Of a stretch of DNA of 64,000 nucleotides, positions 1 to 35,402 are shown piece after piece. The notes beneath the pieces are model-generated. The model made no database searches, was not told where the DNA came from, and was given only the letters and a program-made list of their open reading frames with translations. Origin of the DNA: Paraspadella gotoi (taxonomy: Eukaryota; Animalia; Chaetognatha); contig CM119270.1 in NCBI GenBank assembly GCA_051294375.1, forward strand, positions 11,972,416-12,036,415, written 5' to 3'. How positions within the stretch are numbered: position 1 is the first letter of the stretch; every line of letters begins with the position of its first letter. A program made the position numbers and the translations under genes.

Positions 1-626
1 TTGTAAGATTTTACACTTGCAATCGCTAGGAGATAACTCCTTCTATTCCAAATTCTAAATGTTGATTTTTAAAAGTTCCATTCATTCTGAATTACTGCTT
101 TTACTTTCTAAATTTAAAATTTTCATGTCATGTGATAATAGCACTAACAGATCACCTTTGTATAAATTAATCTACATGAGATTATTACTTTGCGATACCA
201 AAAATTTGATTTCAGAATATTTCCTCAACTTGCAATTTTTTTTCTACATAAATATTTCTTCCTTTACAACTTACCTTACATTAAGTAAATCGCCTTCTGA
301 GAACTAATTACAATGGATATTTTGTATGTTAACTAGTCTTTTGTACAGAATGTTAATTAAAATACTACCTAAATATTGCTATGAACGCCTTCTATCCAAA
401 GCTTTACATTTTATATTATTCAAATGACTCCACACAACCTTTAAAAATACAAACCGTATCTTTTTCTCTTAAGTCTTTTTCTCTGCGTCGTTGCGTATGA
501 ATTAAAAAAAATTATTAGGATAGTATGTTTATATAGACATTCAACTAATATTAAAAATATTCATACATTCTATTTTTCTTATTGACCGCCCGCAACGATT
601 GGCGGCCATCTTGTATTTCTCGATTC

Positions 627-7098
<6,472 letters not shown>

Positions 7099-7114
7099 TC
7101 ATTTAATAAATAAG

Positions 7115-7179
7115 CTATCTTGCCCCTGACTTTGGACAGGCTTTGGTGGTTTAAGGACCCCATCACTCTTACAAGATAA
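7115..7179 (-). ncRNA. Twister ribozyme candidate, type-P5 permutation; predicted cleavage between 7153 and 7152
   Basis: Minus strand reads UUAUCUUGU AAGA GU GA UG G GGUCCU UAA AC C AC C AAA G CCUG UCCAAAGU CAGG G GCAAGAUAG. It is nearly identical to the 9035 copy and lies in a ~132-bp repeat (7062-7193) that is the reverse complement of 9021-9152. Confidence 0.75.
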
Positions 7180-7928
7180 TGACAGAGCAGGTCAATATGA
7201 TATATAGTTTCATCATTAGGACAAAAGTTGTCTAATTTCACGAACGCTTTCCTTCATTCGTCGCCTGTCATAAACGCCTCATGAACGCGTATGACTTCTG
7301 CGAATAATCCCAACAAGAATTCATCAAATTTAACGTATAGCGAAAATTGAAGAAGAGTCTTTACGTTAACAGAGAACCTCCGTTGCGTAATATCTAACGA
7401 GTAGCCTGAGGCAAGCAACGATTTACCGGCGCAACCGGCGACTAACAACTAAATCACTTGGAACCATAACGAGTGAAATCGAAGAGAATAGAACGATTAA
7501 CTTCGTCGCAATTGCATCCACAAAGACTGCGAAGGCCGTTGGTGTCATTGCAATCCTCTCATTTGTATTCACCTTGAAAATCTGGAAACCCGAGTTAACC
7601 AAGGACGGGGTACAAGTGGGATCGACTGACCCACGGTACCGGGGATGTCGTTGTTGTCGTTGTCGTCGTCGTCATCGAGGTCGCGGTAAACAAGGACGGC
7701 ATTTCCCCTTTGAGATCGCATGCCTTCTTTGTCACACTCGTCGTCGTCGTCGTCATTTTTCGTCGTCGTCGTCATTTTTCGTCGACATCATCATCGTCTT
7801 CGTTATCGTTATCGTTATCGCCTTAGAATGGAGGCTTCAAAACTCGTTCGCGTGTTTACCTCGGTTTATCTCTCTCCCTGTTTGCTTTTCTCGTCGCACG
7901 TAAGAAATGTAAAAATGTGTGGAGGAGC

Positions 7929-8007
<79 letters not shown>

Positions 8008-8015
8008 GAGAGAGA

Positions 8016-8051
<36 letters not shown>

Positions 8052-8796
8052 TGTTAATCACCTCTATTTCCTCGATCTCTCCAGTGGTGAACTTTTCCTT
8101 TTGTGGTTTCCTGAAAAAGAAAAAAAAAGAGAATTCGTTTTCTTTCTCAGTTTGTGGACAAATCACAAGAGGCGCTTCTTTCACACCATCTCTTTTTTTT
8201 TTCGGTTGACTTTTTGCCGTATACAAGAAAGTGTCTATTAAGAGTCAGACCTTCAAACCGAGCTCGTGTAGACAACGTTTTTACGTAAAGATGCGCCAGG
8301 GCAGATACAATCAGATATGTCTTGGGTTACTCCCATAAATTATTACACTATCATCGTTCACAGATTGTCAAATTTTCAAGTTCCTCGAAAATAAGTGAAT
8401 GAAATATAGGGCAAGAGGAAAGGAAAGGAAAGGAAATGAAACGGTGAGAGGAGGAAAAAAACTGGGTGAGTAACACTCTGTTCAAATTTCTTCCCTACTT
8501 TTCCGCGGCTAGACTCCCCAAGGAATCAGTCCCGAAATTACGTCTTCGTAATTATGGTAATAATTATATTAATAATAATTATGGTAATAATGGAACGCTG
8601 GCGACAAAGACGGCGAAGACGACGACGAAGTCGACGAAGACGAAAATAACTTCCGTAATAAGAAGACGAAACGAACGACATTCAACATCAATCACGATTA
8701 TGACGATGACGGTTGAAGACAACATCGACGAAAAGACATTCGTAACAGATGGAATCACCGGCAAGTATGTGGAGGACGACTTCTATTACTAATATA

Positions 8797-9152
8797 AATT
8801 TTTATATTGGTTGTACCAATTTCATAAAATTCAGCTCCTTGTATTTTGATGCTAGTGCGGAGTACAATAAGTATTCCCCGATCTAATACTTAAGGGAGTG
8901 GTCTTTTCATACAATTGAAACATTCTTTGAAATATTATACCACTTCATTGATAGGGAAGCCAGGTACTCTGGGAGTGAATAAACGAGACTGTGAGAGAGT
9001 CTTGAATGAAAGCTTGCAGGGACCTGCTATGTCATTATCTTGTAAGAGTGATGGAGGCCTTAAACCACCAAAGCCTGTCCAAAGTCAGGGGCAAGATAGC
9101 TTATTTATTAAATGAATGGATAATTTTTATATTGGTTGTACCAATTTCATAA
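8797..9152 (+). mobile_element. Retrozyme-like unit: 325-nt monomer bounded by a 31-bp perfect direct repeat and containing a twister ribozyme
   Basis: AATTTTTATATTGGTTGTACCAATTTCATAA occurs at 8797-8827 and at 9122-9152 (offset 325). There is no convincing ORF, and partial copies occur elsewhere in the window. Confidence 0.6.
9035..9099 (+). ncRNA. Twister ribozyme candidate, type-P5 permutation; predicted cleavage U9061/A9062
   Basis: P5 UAUCUUGU/GCAAGAUA; P2 GU/AC; conserved GA; T1 UG pairing with CA of loop 4; UAA cleavage motif; T2 AC/GU; C-AAA-G; P4 CCUG/CAGG closing loop UCCAAAGU (compare the twister L4 UCCCAAGC). Confidence 0.8.
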
Positions 9153-9590
9153 CAGAAATGCTGATGGGTTCAACGCCTCAAGGTAAAAACCGTGAAAAGA
9201 AGGGCGCTCTAACTAATTTCAATTGCTAATTACCTTTTAAACGTTTGCACAATCAACGACTCACCTCTTTTAGATTCCCATGGGCGCAAGTGACTCCGGG
9301 GAAAAGCGTCGCTGAGTTAAGTAAAATGAAATTGATCAGTAGAACTCGCATCTTCGCGAAAATAAAGAGCTTGAATCGTTTAATGGAATTATTATAATTT
9401 TTTTTCTCGATTGTTTAGACTAACGTTGCTGGAGAAAGACTGAGTTTTTTGCCAATAGGGCAGCTTTTTAAAGGATGAGCGAGAAAAAGAAAAAAAGATA
9501 GCCCGTGGGGCCCAAGCTAAAATGGGTCGAGGTCCTCCGGCCACCCTTGGAAGTAAAAGCTTATGTGTGACGAACTCGAGCTTAATCATA

Positions 9591-10122
9591 CCATCTTGGA
9601 AAATAAATACTTTTGACCAACTTTTGATTTTTTAATTTTAAAATCGCTGCGAAAAAAATTATCTGAAAAATTTGACTCTTTGTAATTCAGAGCTATTTTT
9701 TGTTAAAATGAGATTAAAAAAACAGGTGTGAGGTTTAAATAAAAAAAATGATGGAACAAAAAATCTGACCTTCTTAATTTTTATAATATTTTTTAAAAAA
9801 TAAGTATTTATCAAATTATAATAATATTTTTTTAACATATTATTTTACTTAAACCTAATATAATATCTGGGGGCTTTCATCTTTGCTGCCGCATAGTTTT
9901 AAGCTATACTATATTAATGAATATTTACTTATATAAAGACAATTAATTTTTTTATTCCTCACTCAAGTATTTCTAATCTTATAATGCTCAAATTAAATCA
10001 GAAAAAGCTATTTTTAAAAAAAAAAAAAGATATATATTGTTTTTATCGATCTTTAAACTAAAAGCTATAAAAGTTACTGAAACTGGAAAAAGTTTCCGCG
10101 ACTTATTCATTTTCCAAGATGG
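9591..10122. mobile_element. MITE-like non-autonomous DNA transposon (Tc1/mariner-type TA target site duplication)
   Basis: 19-bp terminal inverted repeats CCATCTTGGAAAATAAATA (9591-9609) and TATTCATTTTCCAAGATGG (10104-10122) with one mismatch. TA lies on both sides and the interior is AT-rich and non-coding. Confidence 0.6.
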
Positions 10123-10678
10123 TACTTTAATTAATCAAATTGATTATTTTAACTAGAGCGCAAAGTATAACGAGGCCATCAATTAATTACTCGGACGGTT
10201 ATTATTTTCAAGAACCCATGGGCGTAGTAATAATTCTTGGATGTGGCGCCTTTTTTTTTTCGAACACCTAAAGAAATAAGTCATTGATTTCTGAAGGGCT
10301 TTTTTGTTTTAAAGATACCTTAGTACAATAATGGCCAAGAACATTCTTTATTCATAGTTACTTTTAGGTAAGTCTAAAATTCTGATCGTATTTGCCATTT
10401 TCTTAGATTGAAATCCCGATAAGCTATACAATATACATAAATCTAAACAATGGGACAACATTAAATCTCCTTTCTCCACTAAATCTCGAATGAAGAACTT
10501 AAAAACCGGAAATGGGCGGATCCACTTTCCAGATTCTTCGCGCGTTTGCGCTAAACGGGCGAAAACAGGATAAAACCAGAGGCGCCACGGAATCGCCAAA
10601 TAAGGAAATTCGGGAATAAGGATTGCAACGGAGAGAGAGAGAGAGAGAGAAAAAGAGAGAGAGAGAGAGAGAGACAGA

Positions 10679-10712
<34 letters not shown>

Positions 10713-10801
10713 AATTCGAATTTTTTTTTTCTAGTTAATTTTATTACAAGCAACTATTTTTTCCCTCTAAAACTAGTTTGAAAGAAAAACAGACTTTAAT
10801 T

Positions 10802-13800
10802 TCAAAAGTCTTCTTCTTCAGTTTCCTCCTCTACTTCCTCCGTTCCTCCCTTTACTCCGCTGCCGGACGACTCTTCTCTTCCTTCGGTTTCCGTCTCCGT
10901 TTCCTCTTCTTTTTTCTCTTCCTCTTCAACTTCTTCTTCTTTCCTTTCTCCTTCCTCCACTTCTCCTTCTTGCGTTCTCCTTTCACTTTCCTCAGTCATA
11001 ATTTCCTCTTTAATTTCCTCAACACTTTCTCCTTTCGACTTTTTCTTTTTTTCTCCTTTTTCTTCGCTTTCACCGTCGAATCCTCCTCCTCCTTCTCCTC
11101 CTCCTCCTCCTCTCTTGACGAACCCCTCGAGATTCGAAGGCCTCCATTGCAGTCGCACCTCCGGTTTGAAGCGGTCCGTGAATTTCAAGGCCTTCACGAT
11201 GCGTAGGGTCTCAGTCTGTCGATAATTTTACGTGAGAAGTAATTGTAAGTTTTTTAAAAAAATTCTTTAAAAAAACTAGGAAAAAAATAGGGTGGAAAAA
11301 ATGAAGGAAGGAAGGGAAAAGAAAGAAAGCAAGGAAATAAAGGAAGGAGGTAAGGAAGATAAAAAATGAAAATGTAAAGAAGGAAATGAATAAACCAAAA
11401 AAATACAAGGAAAGAAGGAAGGAAGGAAGGAAGGAAGGAAGGAAGGAAGGAAGGAAGGAAGGAAGGAAGGAAGGAAGGAAGGATAAGAAGGTTGTAAGGC
11501 AGCGAAAGAAATGGGGGAGAAAAAAGAATGTCAGAAGGTACACGAGGGAAAGAATGGAAGAAATAATTATAATAATATTGGTAACCGGGAAAAATATATA
11601 TGCAATTGCCGACTACCTCCATCGCAACCTCCCACTCGCCACCAACCGATTACCCACCGCCCCCAACCACCCTACCACCTCACCACGTTCCTCCCCACGA
11701 CGAAATCGACGGCGGAGGCGAATCTCACGATTCCTTCCTCGTCGATGACGAAAGTCGCGCGCGCGGGAAAACCAGAGGCGGAGATGAAGACCCCGAAGTC
11801 GCGGGCGATGGAACCGGAGGAGTCGGCGACGAGGGGGAAGCGGACGGGGCCCAGGCCTGTTTGGTGGAGGGAGGGGGAGAGAATGAGGTAGGGGATGAAG
11901 GGGAAAGCGGACGGGGCCCAGGCCTGTTTGGTGGAGGGGAGGGGAGAGAATGAGTTAGGGGATGAGGGGAAAGCGGACGGGGCCCAGGCCTGTTTGGTGG
12001 AGGGGAGGGGAGAGAATGAGGTAGGGGATGAAGGGGAAAGCGGACGGGGCCCAGGCCTGTTTGGTGGAGGGAGGGGAGAGAATGAGGTAGGGGATGAGGG
12101 GAAAGCGGACGGGGCCCAGGCCTGTTTGGTGGAGGGGAGGGGGAGAGAATGAGGTAGGGGATGAAGGGGAAAGCGGACGGGGCCCAGGCCTGTTTGGTGG
12201 AGGGAGGGGAGAGAATGAGGTAGGGGATGAGGGGGAAGCGGACGGGGCCCAGGCCTGTTTGGTGGGAGAAGGGGAGAGAATGAGGTAGGGGATGAGGGGG
12301 AAGCGGACGGGGCCCAGGCCTGTTTGGTGGAGGGGAGGGGAGAGAATGAGGTAGGGGATGAGAGGAAAGCGGACGGGGCCCAGGCCTGTTTGGTGGGGGA
12401 GGGAGAGAATGAGGAGGGATGAGAGGAAAGCGGACGGGGCCCAGGCTGTTTGGTGGAGGGGAGGGGGAGAGAATGAGGTAGGGGATGAGGGGAAGCGGAC
12501 GGGGCCCAGGCCTGTTTGGTGGAGGGGAGGGGGAGAGAATGAGGTAGGGGATGAAGGGGGTGAGGAGAGGAGGGAGAGCGAGGAGGGAAAGATAATGCAG
12601 TGATTGGGGAAAGAAGAGAAAAGGTGAGATTAGACGGTAGATAGAATGATCTGGCAAAGTTAGCGGAGGCGAAATAATTTGTTATGGAAAACAAAATAAA
12701 AGGAAGGGAGTTAGAAGATGAGAAAAGAGAAAAAAGGCGGGAAGGAGACGAAGGTAAAATCAAGAAGAATGGGGTAAGAAAAAAAAGGATATGAACGCAA
12801 AATGGAGGAGAGAAATGAATGTGGAGGAAAGAAAAAGTTGAGTAAATTGTAGGTCAGTAAACTGATTAAAACGATTGAAGTGGCGACAGGGTGGACAGAA
12901 AGGAACATGCAGGAAAAAGGTTCTGGTAGAAAAGGCGTTGACTCGCTAAAAAGGCGAGAAAACAACACGAGCGATTAATCAGTTGGGAGGCGGAAAACGA
13001 GTCTCGCGCCGAAAAAACAATTTCGGAGGCGAACGACGACTTCTCGCCATTTCTAAGCTGGATTCTTATCTCAGTGGGCCGGCTGCATTGGAATGAGAAG
13101 GTGGATAAATCTTTCTTCTGGCTACAGAGGTAAGTTAAATAAGCCTAATATCAGCTAATTTAGTCTGCATTATCCTCGCCACCAATTTATTTATACCGCC
13201 TCACCCTTAATTTGAAAATGCAGAGACTTGACCGAGATTCTTCACTTGACCACCGCAACGACCTCACCTCCCAGCTCCCGCGGCTGCTGCGTCCAGCTGA
13301 GATGCGCCATGTCGGAGTCGCAGCTGCAGGCGACGAATTCGCAGTCGATGATGACGAATTCGTCGTAGCGACTCTCGAAGGCCAACAGTTCTGCGAATGA
13401 CAGCACTAACAACTTGTTTTCACGCAATCTTTAACTTTGTTTTGTTTTTAGACTTAGCTTTTTTGATGCTCCTGTATGTACTGAATCAACCTTGTTGAAT
13501 TCGAAATAAAACGCATTAATTATTTCTCGAATGTCAACAGTTCTGCGAATGACAACAATAACACCTCGTAATTTATTTCTTGAATGCCAACAGTTCTGCG
13601 AATGACAACAATAACAACTTGTCATTTATTTTTCGAAGGCCAAAAGTTCTGCGAATGACAACGATAACAACTCATCATTAATTTCTTGAAATCTAACAGT
13701 TCTGTAAATGACAACAACTGGTCATTTGTGTCTCTAAGGCCAACAGTTCTTAAAAAGAACAACGATAACAAAGCGTCAATTTTGTCATTTAGATTCTGTT

Positions 13801-14470
13801 AAAACGTCTCATAAAAACAGATCGGGACAAAAAAGAACAAAAAAAGACTTTAATAATAATAACCACGAACTCTCTCTCGGCTAAATACCTGTTATGCAAA
13901 GGAAGGAAAAGTCGGCCGGATAAAAGAAGACGACGACGTAGCGACCTTTCAATTCTTCTGAATCGAGGTCGGTCATCTCTCCGCCGATCACGGCCTTGAA
14001 TGAATGAATGAATGAATGAATGAATGAATGAATGAATGATTGAATGAATGAATGAATGAATGAATGAATGATTGAATGAATGAATGAATGAATGAATGAA
14101 TGAATGAACGAACCAATGAAGGAAGGAAGAAAAGAAGGAAGGAAGGAAGGAAGGAAGGAAGGAAGAAAGGAATGATTGAATGATTGAATGAATGAATGAA
14201 CGAATGAAGGAAGGAAGAAACGAAGGAAGGAAGGAAGGAAGAAAGGAATGAAGGAATAAAGGAATGAATGAATGAATGAATGAATGAATGAATGAATGAA
14301 TGAATGAATGAATGAATGAAGAAATCAAAGAAAGGAATAAAAGCATGAATGTGTCAAAGAATGAATAAATATAAAAAAGAAAAAGGTTTGATTACAGATA
14401 TATACGAAACTAATATCTTTACCTTTTCTCTAAAGGTTGGCGCGGGATGTCCCATCAAATGACTCATCAT
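10802..14470 (-). CDS. Peroxiredoxin, Prx1/AhpC-like but atypical. Exons 14423-14470, 13889-13994, 13268-13390, 11684-11856, 10802-11215
   Basis: Spliced product reads MMSHLMGHPAPTFREK|AVIGG...GRYVVVFFYPADFSFLCIT|ELLAFESRYDEF...VACSCDSDMAHLSWTQQPRELGG|LGPVRFPLVAD...IARDFGV...ARATFVIDEEGIVR...VGRNV|TETLRIVKALKFTD, followed by a Glu-rich tail. All splice phases are consistent. Confidence 0.9.
11830..12557. repeat. Minisatellite of ~65-67 bp x ~11; the unit is the peroxiredoxin intron 3/exon 4 junction
   Basis: Unit ...GAAAGCGGACGGGGCCCAGGCCTGTTTGGTGGAGGG...GAGAATGAGGTAGGGGATG; 11 GGGCCCAGG cores counted. Confidence 0.95.
13535..13775. repeat. Degenerate tandem repeat of ~52 bp x ~5; the unit is the peroxiredoxin intron 2/exon 3 junction
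   Basis: Recurrent CAACAGTTCTGCGAATGACAAC, matching the functional acceptor region at 13383-13402. Confidence 0.85.
13997..14340. repeat. (TGAA)n/(GGAA)n compound microsatellite in peroxiredoxin intron 1
   Basis: Direct inspection. Confidence 0.95.
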
Positions 14471-14864
14471 GACAACTTTTTTTTTCTCTTCAAAGAAACA
14501 GCTTAAAAGTTATTGCCGACGAGATCTACGTTTGAAATTTCGATTTTCGATATTTTTTCGTAGTTCTTTATTAATTAAAACTAATGTGATGATAAACGAT
14601 ACGACTTTTTCGACTAAAAAAAAATTAATATTCGTCATTCTTACGCAAAGGTAAACAAAGTAAAGAGGGATTGGTAAATTCCGATAAAAGAAACCTATTC
14701 ACTATAGATTTACATTTAGAGATTAAAATTCAACCATATCTTTTTAAAAGAAGATAATATTTTACTTCGATCTTGAGCCCACACGACTATATTTTCTCCA
14801 TTTCATCATATTTACTTTATCGCAACAGCTTTACAACAGCAATTCTTATATTACAAATCCCAAA

Positions 14865-31574
<16,710 letters not shown>

Positions 31575-32107
31575 TTTTGCTTTCCTTTCAAGACAATGCT
31601 TTCTCTAATATGAGTTTTTCTTCAGGAAAGATGCTGCCTTAGCTTAAGAAGTATATATCTCCCATTCACGATGTAACAACATTGTGCATTTATTTCCGCA
31701 CGTCTAAAAACTCTAAAATACTTTTCTCTAAGTCTTACTCAAATCTATCCGACTAAAAATCATCGTGAAAATGTTGAATTTCTGCAACCAGAGATTTTTT
31801 CATCGTTTATTTCCATATGTTTATATAACATGATTTATACCATATTGTCTTTCCAGTCTCGGAACACCTCATACCTTTTCTCCCGATTCTCTTTACCTCA
31901 TAAATCCTCATGTAATCCCTTTGCTCCGCGCGTCACAAAAGGTGCGAATAAGAAAAGGTTTGCTCCGAGGCTGATCGCGTCTGTGTGACTCCCTTCTTTT
32001 CACTTTTCTTTTCTTCTCTTTTCTTTCCTTTTCCCCCTTTTTTCTTTTTCTATTCTTTAATATTCTCTAGCACGTTAATCCTTTCTTTCTTTCTTTCTTT
32101 CTTTCTG

Positions 32108-32138
<31 letters not shown>

Positions 32139-32213
32139 CTCTCTCTTTCGTAATTTATTATCTTCTTGAGCTGACCTAAATATTCAAATATATTCCTTGT
32201 GTCAATTCCATCT

Positions 32214-32257
<44 letters not shown>

Positions 32258-32780
32258 TTCACTCACTCTTCTTCCTTCGCTCATGCTCCTTCTTCTCGTT
32301 TCCATCTTCGTTTCCATGACAACGAAGGACGCGTCTTTCATCTTCCGCGTGAACGCGAGACAGCGAATCGTGATCCGCGAAGCTGTGCTCGTTCGATCAA
32401 ACAGCTGCGTCCGTTCGATCACAAATACGAATACAAGGTTCACGACAGACGTGAACGACAGTCATAAATGTGAAACCCTCTCTAAGGAACAATCTCTCGC
32501 GGAGACAAGCGGGCACGGGCCAGGCGATGAAATGGGCGTGATCAGCTTGCCGATCACGTGACCGACAACATCTCTGACGTCAGCGGTAATCGTCGTCACC
32601 TCACGAGGATAGGCGCTTCTCTTCGAAGTCGTTCTTGTTGTCGTCGTTGTCGTCGTCTTTGTCTTCGTCGTCGTTGTCGTCGTCACCGGCAAGGTAATTT
32701 GTCAAACGTAATAAACGTTTCCATTTAAGTTTTCTCCGTCCTTGTCTTTACCCTTTTCCTAACCATCCTCATCTATCTAT

Positions 32781-32890
<110 letters not shown>

Positions 32891-33130
32891 ATGATCATCA
32901 CTTGCCCTTTTCATAGCATTAGCCAATTGTTTTCGTCCCTCGCAGTGGAGATCGTTTCTGAGGCGAAGATGCGCGAGAAACGATCGATGGAACAAACTGT
33001 TATGGGCGGAAAACAGGCGAAAATACCTCGACAAAACATGGAGGGGGGGAGAGGGAGAGAGGGGGGGGAGTGGGAGGGGGGTGGGGCGTTTTTGACTCGA
33101 TGGCACCCAAATACAAAGCCGAGGAGAGAG

Positions 33131-33219
<89 letters not shown>

Positions 33220-33395
33220 AGAAATGAGCAGAGAGAGAGAGAGAGATAACGTAGATAACGATAACAACTTTTTTCTAAAACTGACAAAGCTGACGATGCA
33301 AGAAAACGAGAGCGACGACGTCGACGATGACGACGACGACGACGATGACTACGACGTCGAAAACATTGATGACGCCGACGACGCCGACGAACGCC

Positions 33396-33433
<38 letters not shown>

Positions 33434-33842
33434 TGACTTGAATTCACGCGCGCGAAGGTTTTTTTCGACGAGAATCTCTCCGCGACTCCTTTTCCTCACC
33501 TTTCCATTTATGAAGAGAAAAAAAAGTCTGGAATTTTTTTTTTATTTTTCTCGATGACGTCATTGACTCTCTCGTCAACTTTGCATTTTTTGTTGCGATT
33601 TTGACAATAAATAATTTCTTTTTTCATTTTAATCAATTGAGAATAGTTTTTTTACTACTTTATTTGTCGTTCGTTCTTTTTTTTGTGATTTTAAAATTTT
33701 TACATCGTTTTCAATCATCTTTTATTAAAACAAAATGTTTCATCAGCGTCTAATTTTTCGTTACATTCTACAGATAATTGATTTTCCTAAAATCCAACGC
33801 AAAATCATCTATAAAAATCAAGGGCCGATTGTTAGCCATTAT

Positions 33843-33910
<68 letters not shown>

Positions 33911-35216
33911 TCTCTCTCTCTCTCTCTCTCTCTTCTTCTGCTCCTCTCGTCTCTTCCGTTCATCTCTTCCCCTGTCTCTCCAGCTCTCGCTTCCTCTTCC
34001 TACCTCTCTCTCTCTCTCTCTCTCTCTGTCTGTCTAGCAGAAAATCGAAGTCGTCATTTTTTTTCATTTTCCCCGTTGGAGTCGACATCAGGTGCAGTTA
34101 GAAAATTCAAAGGATCGCGGGACGAGGAAGTCGGGCTGATACGACAGAGGCAAGATCCTCTCTTCCTCTCGGCTCTGGGTCGATCCTGGCGAGACAGAGA
34201 TTCTTTTTTTTTTTCCGGGACTCCATTTCATGCAAAAATACTAAATATTTTATACATGAAGGGTTTTTTTTCCTCTCCAGGTCGGGTTCCGTGTTTTACG
34301 TTTGTTTTCCTTTTTTTTTATTCTACCTTCACTTTCGTTTTTCTCTTTTGTTATTCCCATCATCTTTTTTTATTTCTCCTGTCCTTCACTCTTTATTTTC
34401 ACTTCTTTTATTGTTTCCATAATTTTTTTATTATATATATGCGATTTTATTCTAATACAACAAGGTTGATTCGGTAGAATCATCATCAAGAAACCAAATA
34501 AGTGTAAGGACGCTCCTATGCTTACCCATGCTTTCCCAAAGCTTTCTCTCACGCTTGCCTGAATTTCCTTCGACGCTGATTCGACCCGACGCCGAGTTCA
34601 CGACGAAGGGAGACGACGGCGCGAATTACCTTTTCTCATTTTCACCAAAAAAGTAGAACAACAACAACAATAAACAAGACGAGAGGAAATTAAGAAGGAA
34701 ATGAAGAGAAGTGAGAAGTGAGAGAGGGAAGGTGTTAAGGAGCAAGGAAATGAGGGAGCCTGACGAGTCAACTAATCGAAAGATAATTTTGGAAAGAGTG
34801 AGAAGATGGATTATGTAGATTTCTGACGATAAGATTTTCCTGGTCAACCAAAAGAGAAAAAAAAAATAATAAAAAAGAGAGAAAAAAACGGGTTTCCTTT
34901 GAAGATGGGAAAGATTGATGCGTAACATTGAAAGCTTTTCGTTTCGTAAGGCGAGGAAATCGCCTTTAGAAAAAGAAAAAGTATGGAAAGAAAAAAGAAA
35001 GAGAGAAAAAAAAAGAAAGATTTTCACTGCTCTTCTGAAGCTATATAATCGATTACAATATTTTTTAAATTCTTTTTTTAAATTTTGTGTTTTTCCTACA
35101 AAATCGATTCTCTTGAGCAAAATTTGAAAAACATTTCTTTTTAAATATTGAAAAAAAATTAAATGGTTTTGGCGCGACAATCGAGTCGCCGAAGTTTCTC
35201 CCTTTTCCTCTACTTT

Positions 35217-35311
<95 letters not shown>

Positions 35312-35402
35312 CCCTCCCATCAATTAATCTCCATCACATCCTCCTTACCCGATACGTTTTCCTCACCTCTCCTCACCTATTTCCCCTCCAGATTTTCCCG
35401 CC

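Noticed and set aside
11672-12763. 363-aa Pro-rich ORF; also a superficially CRISPR-like repeat array
   Set aside because: The ORF is read-through of the minisatellite into Prx exon 4. The units have no unique spacers, there are no cas genes, and the context is eukaryotic.
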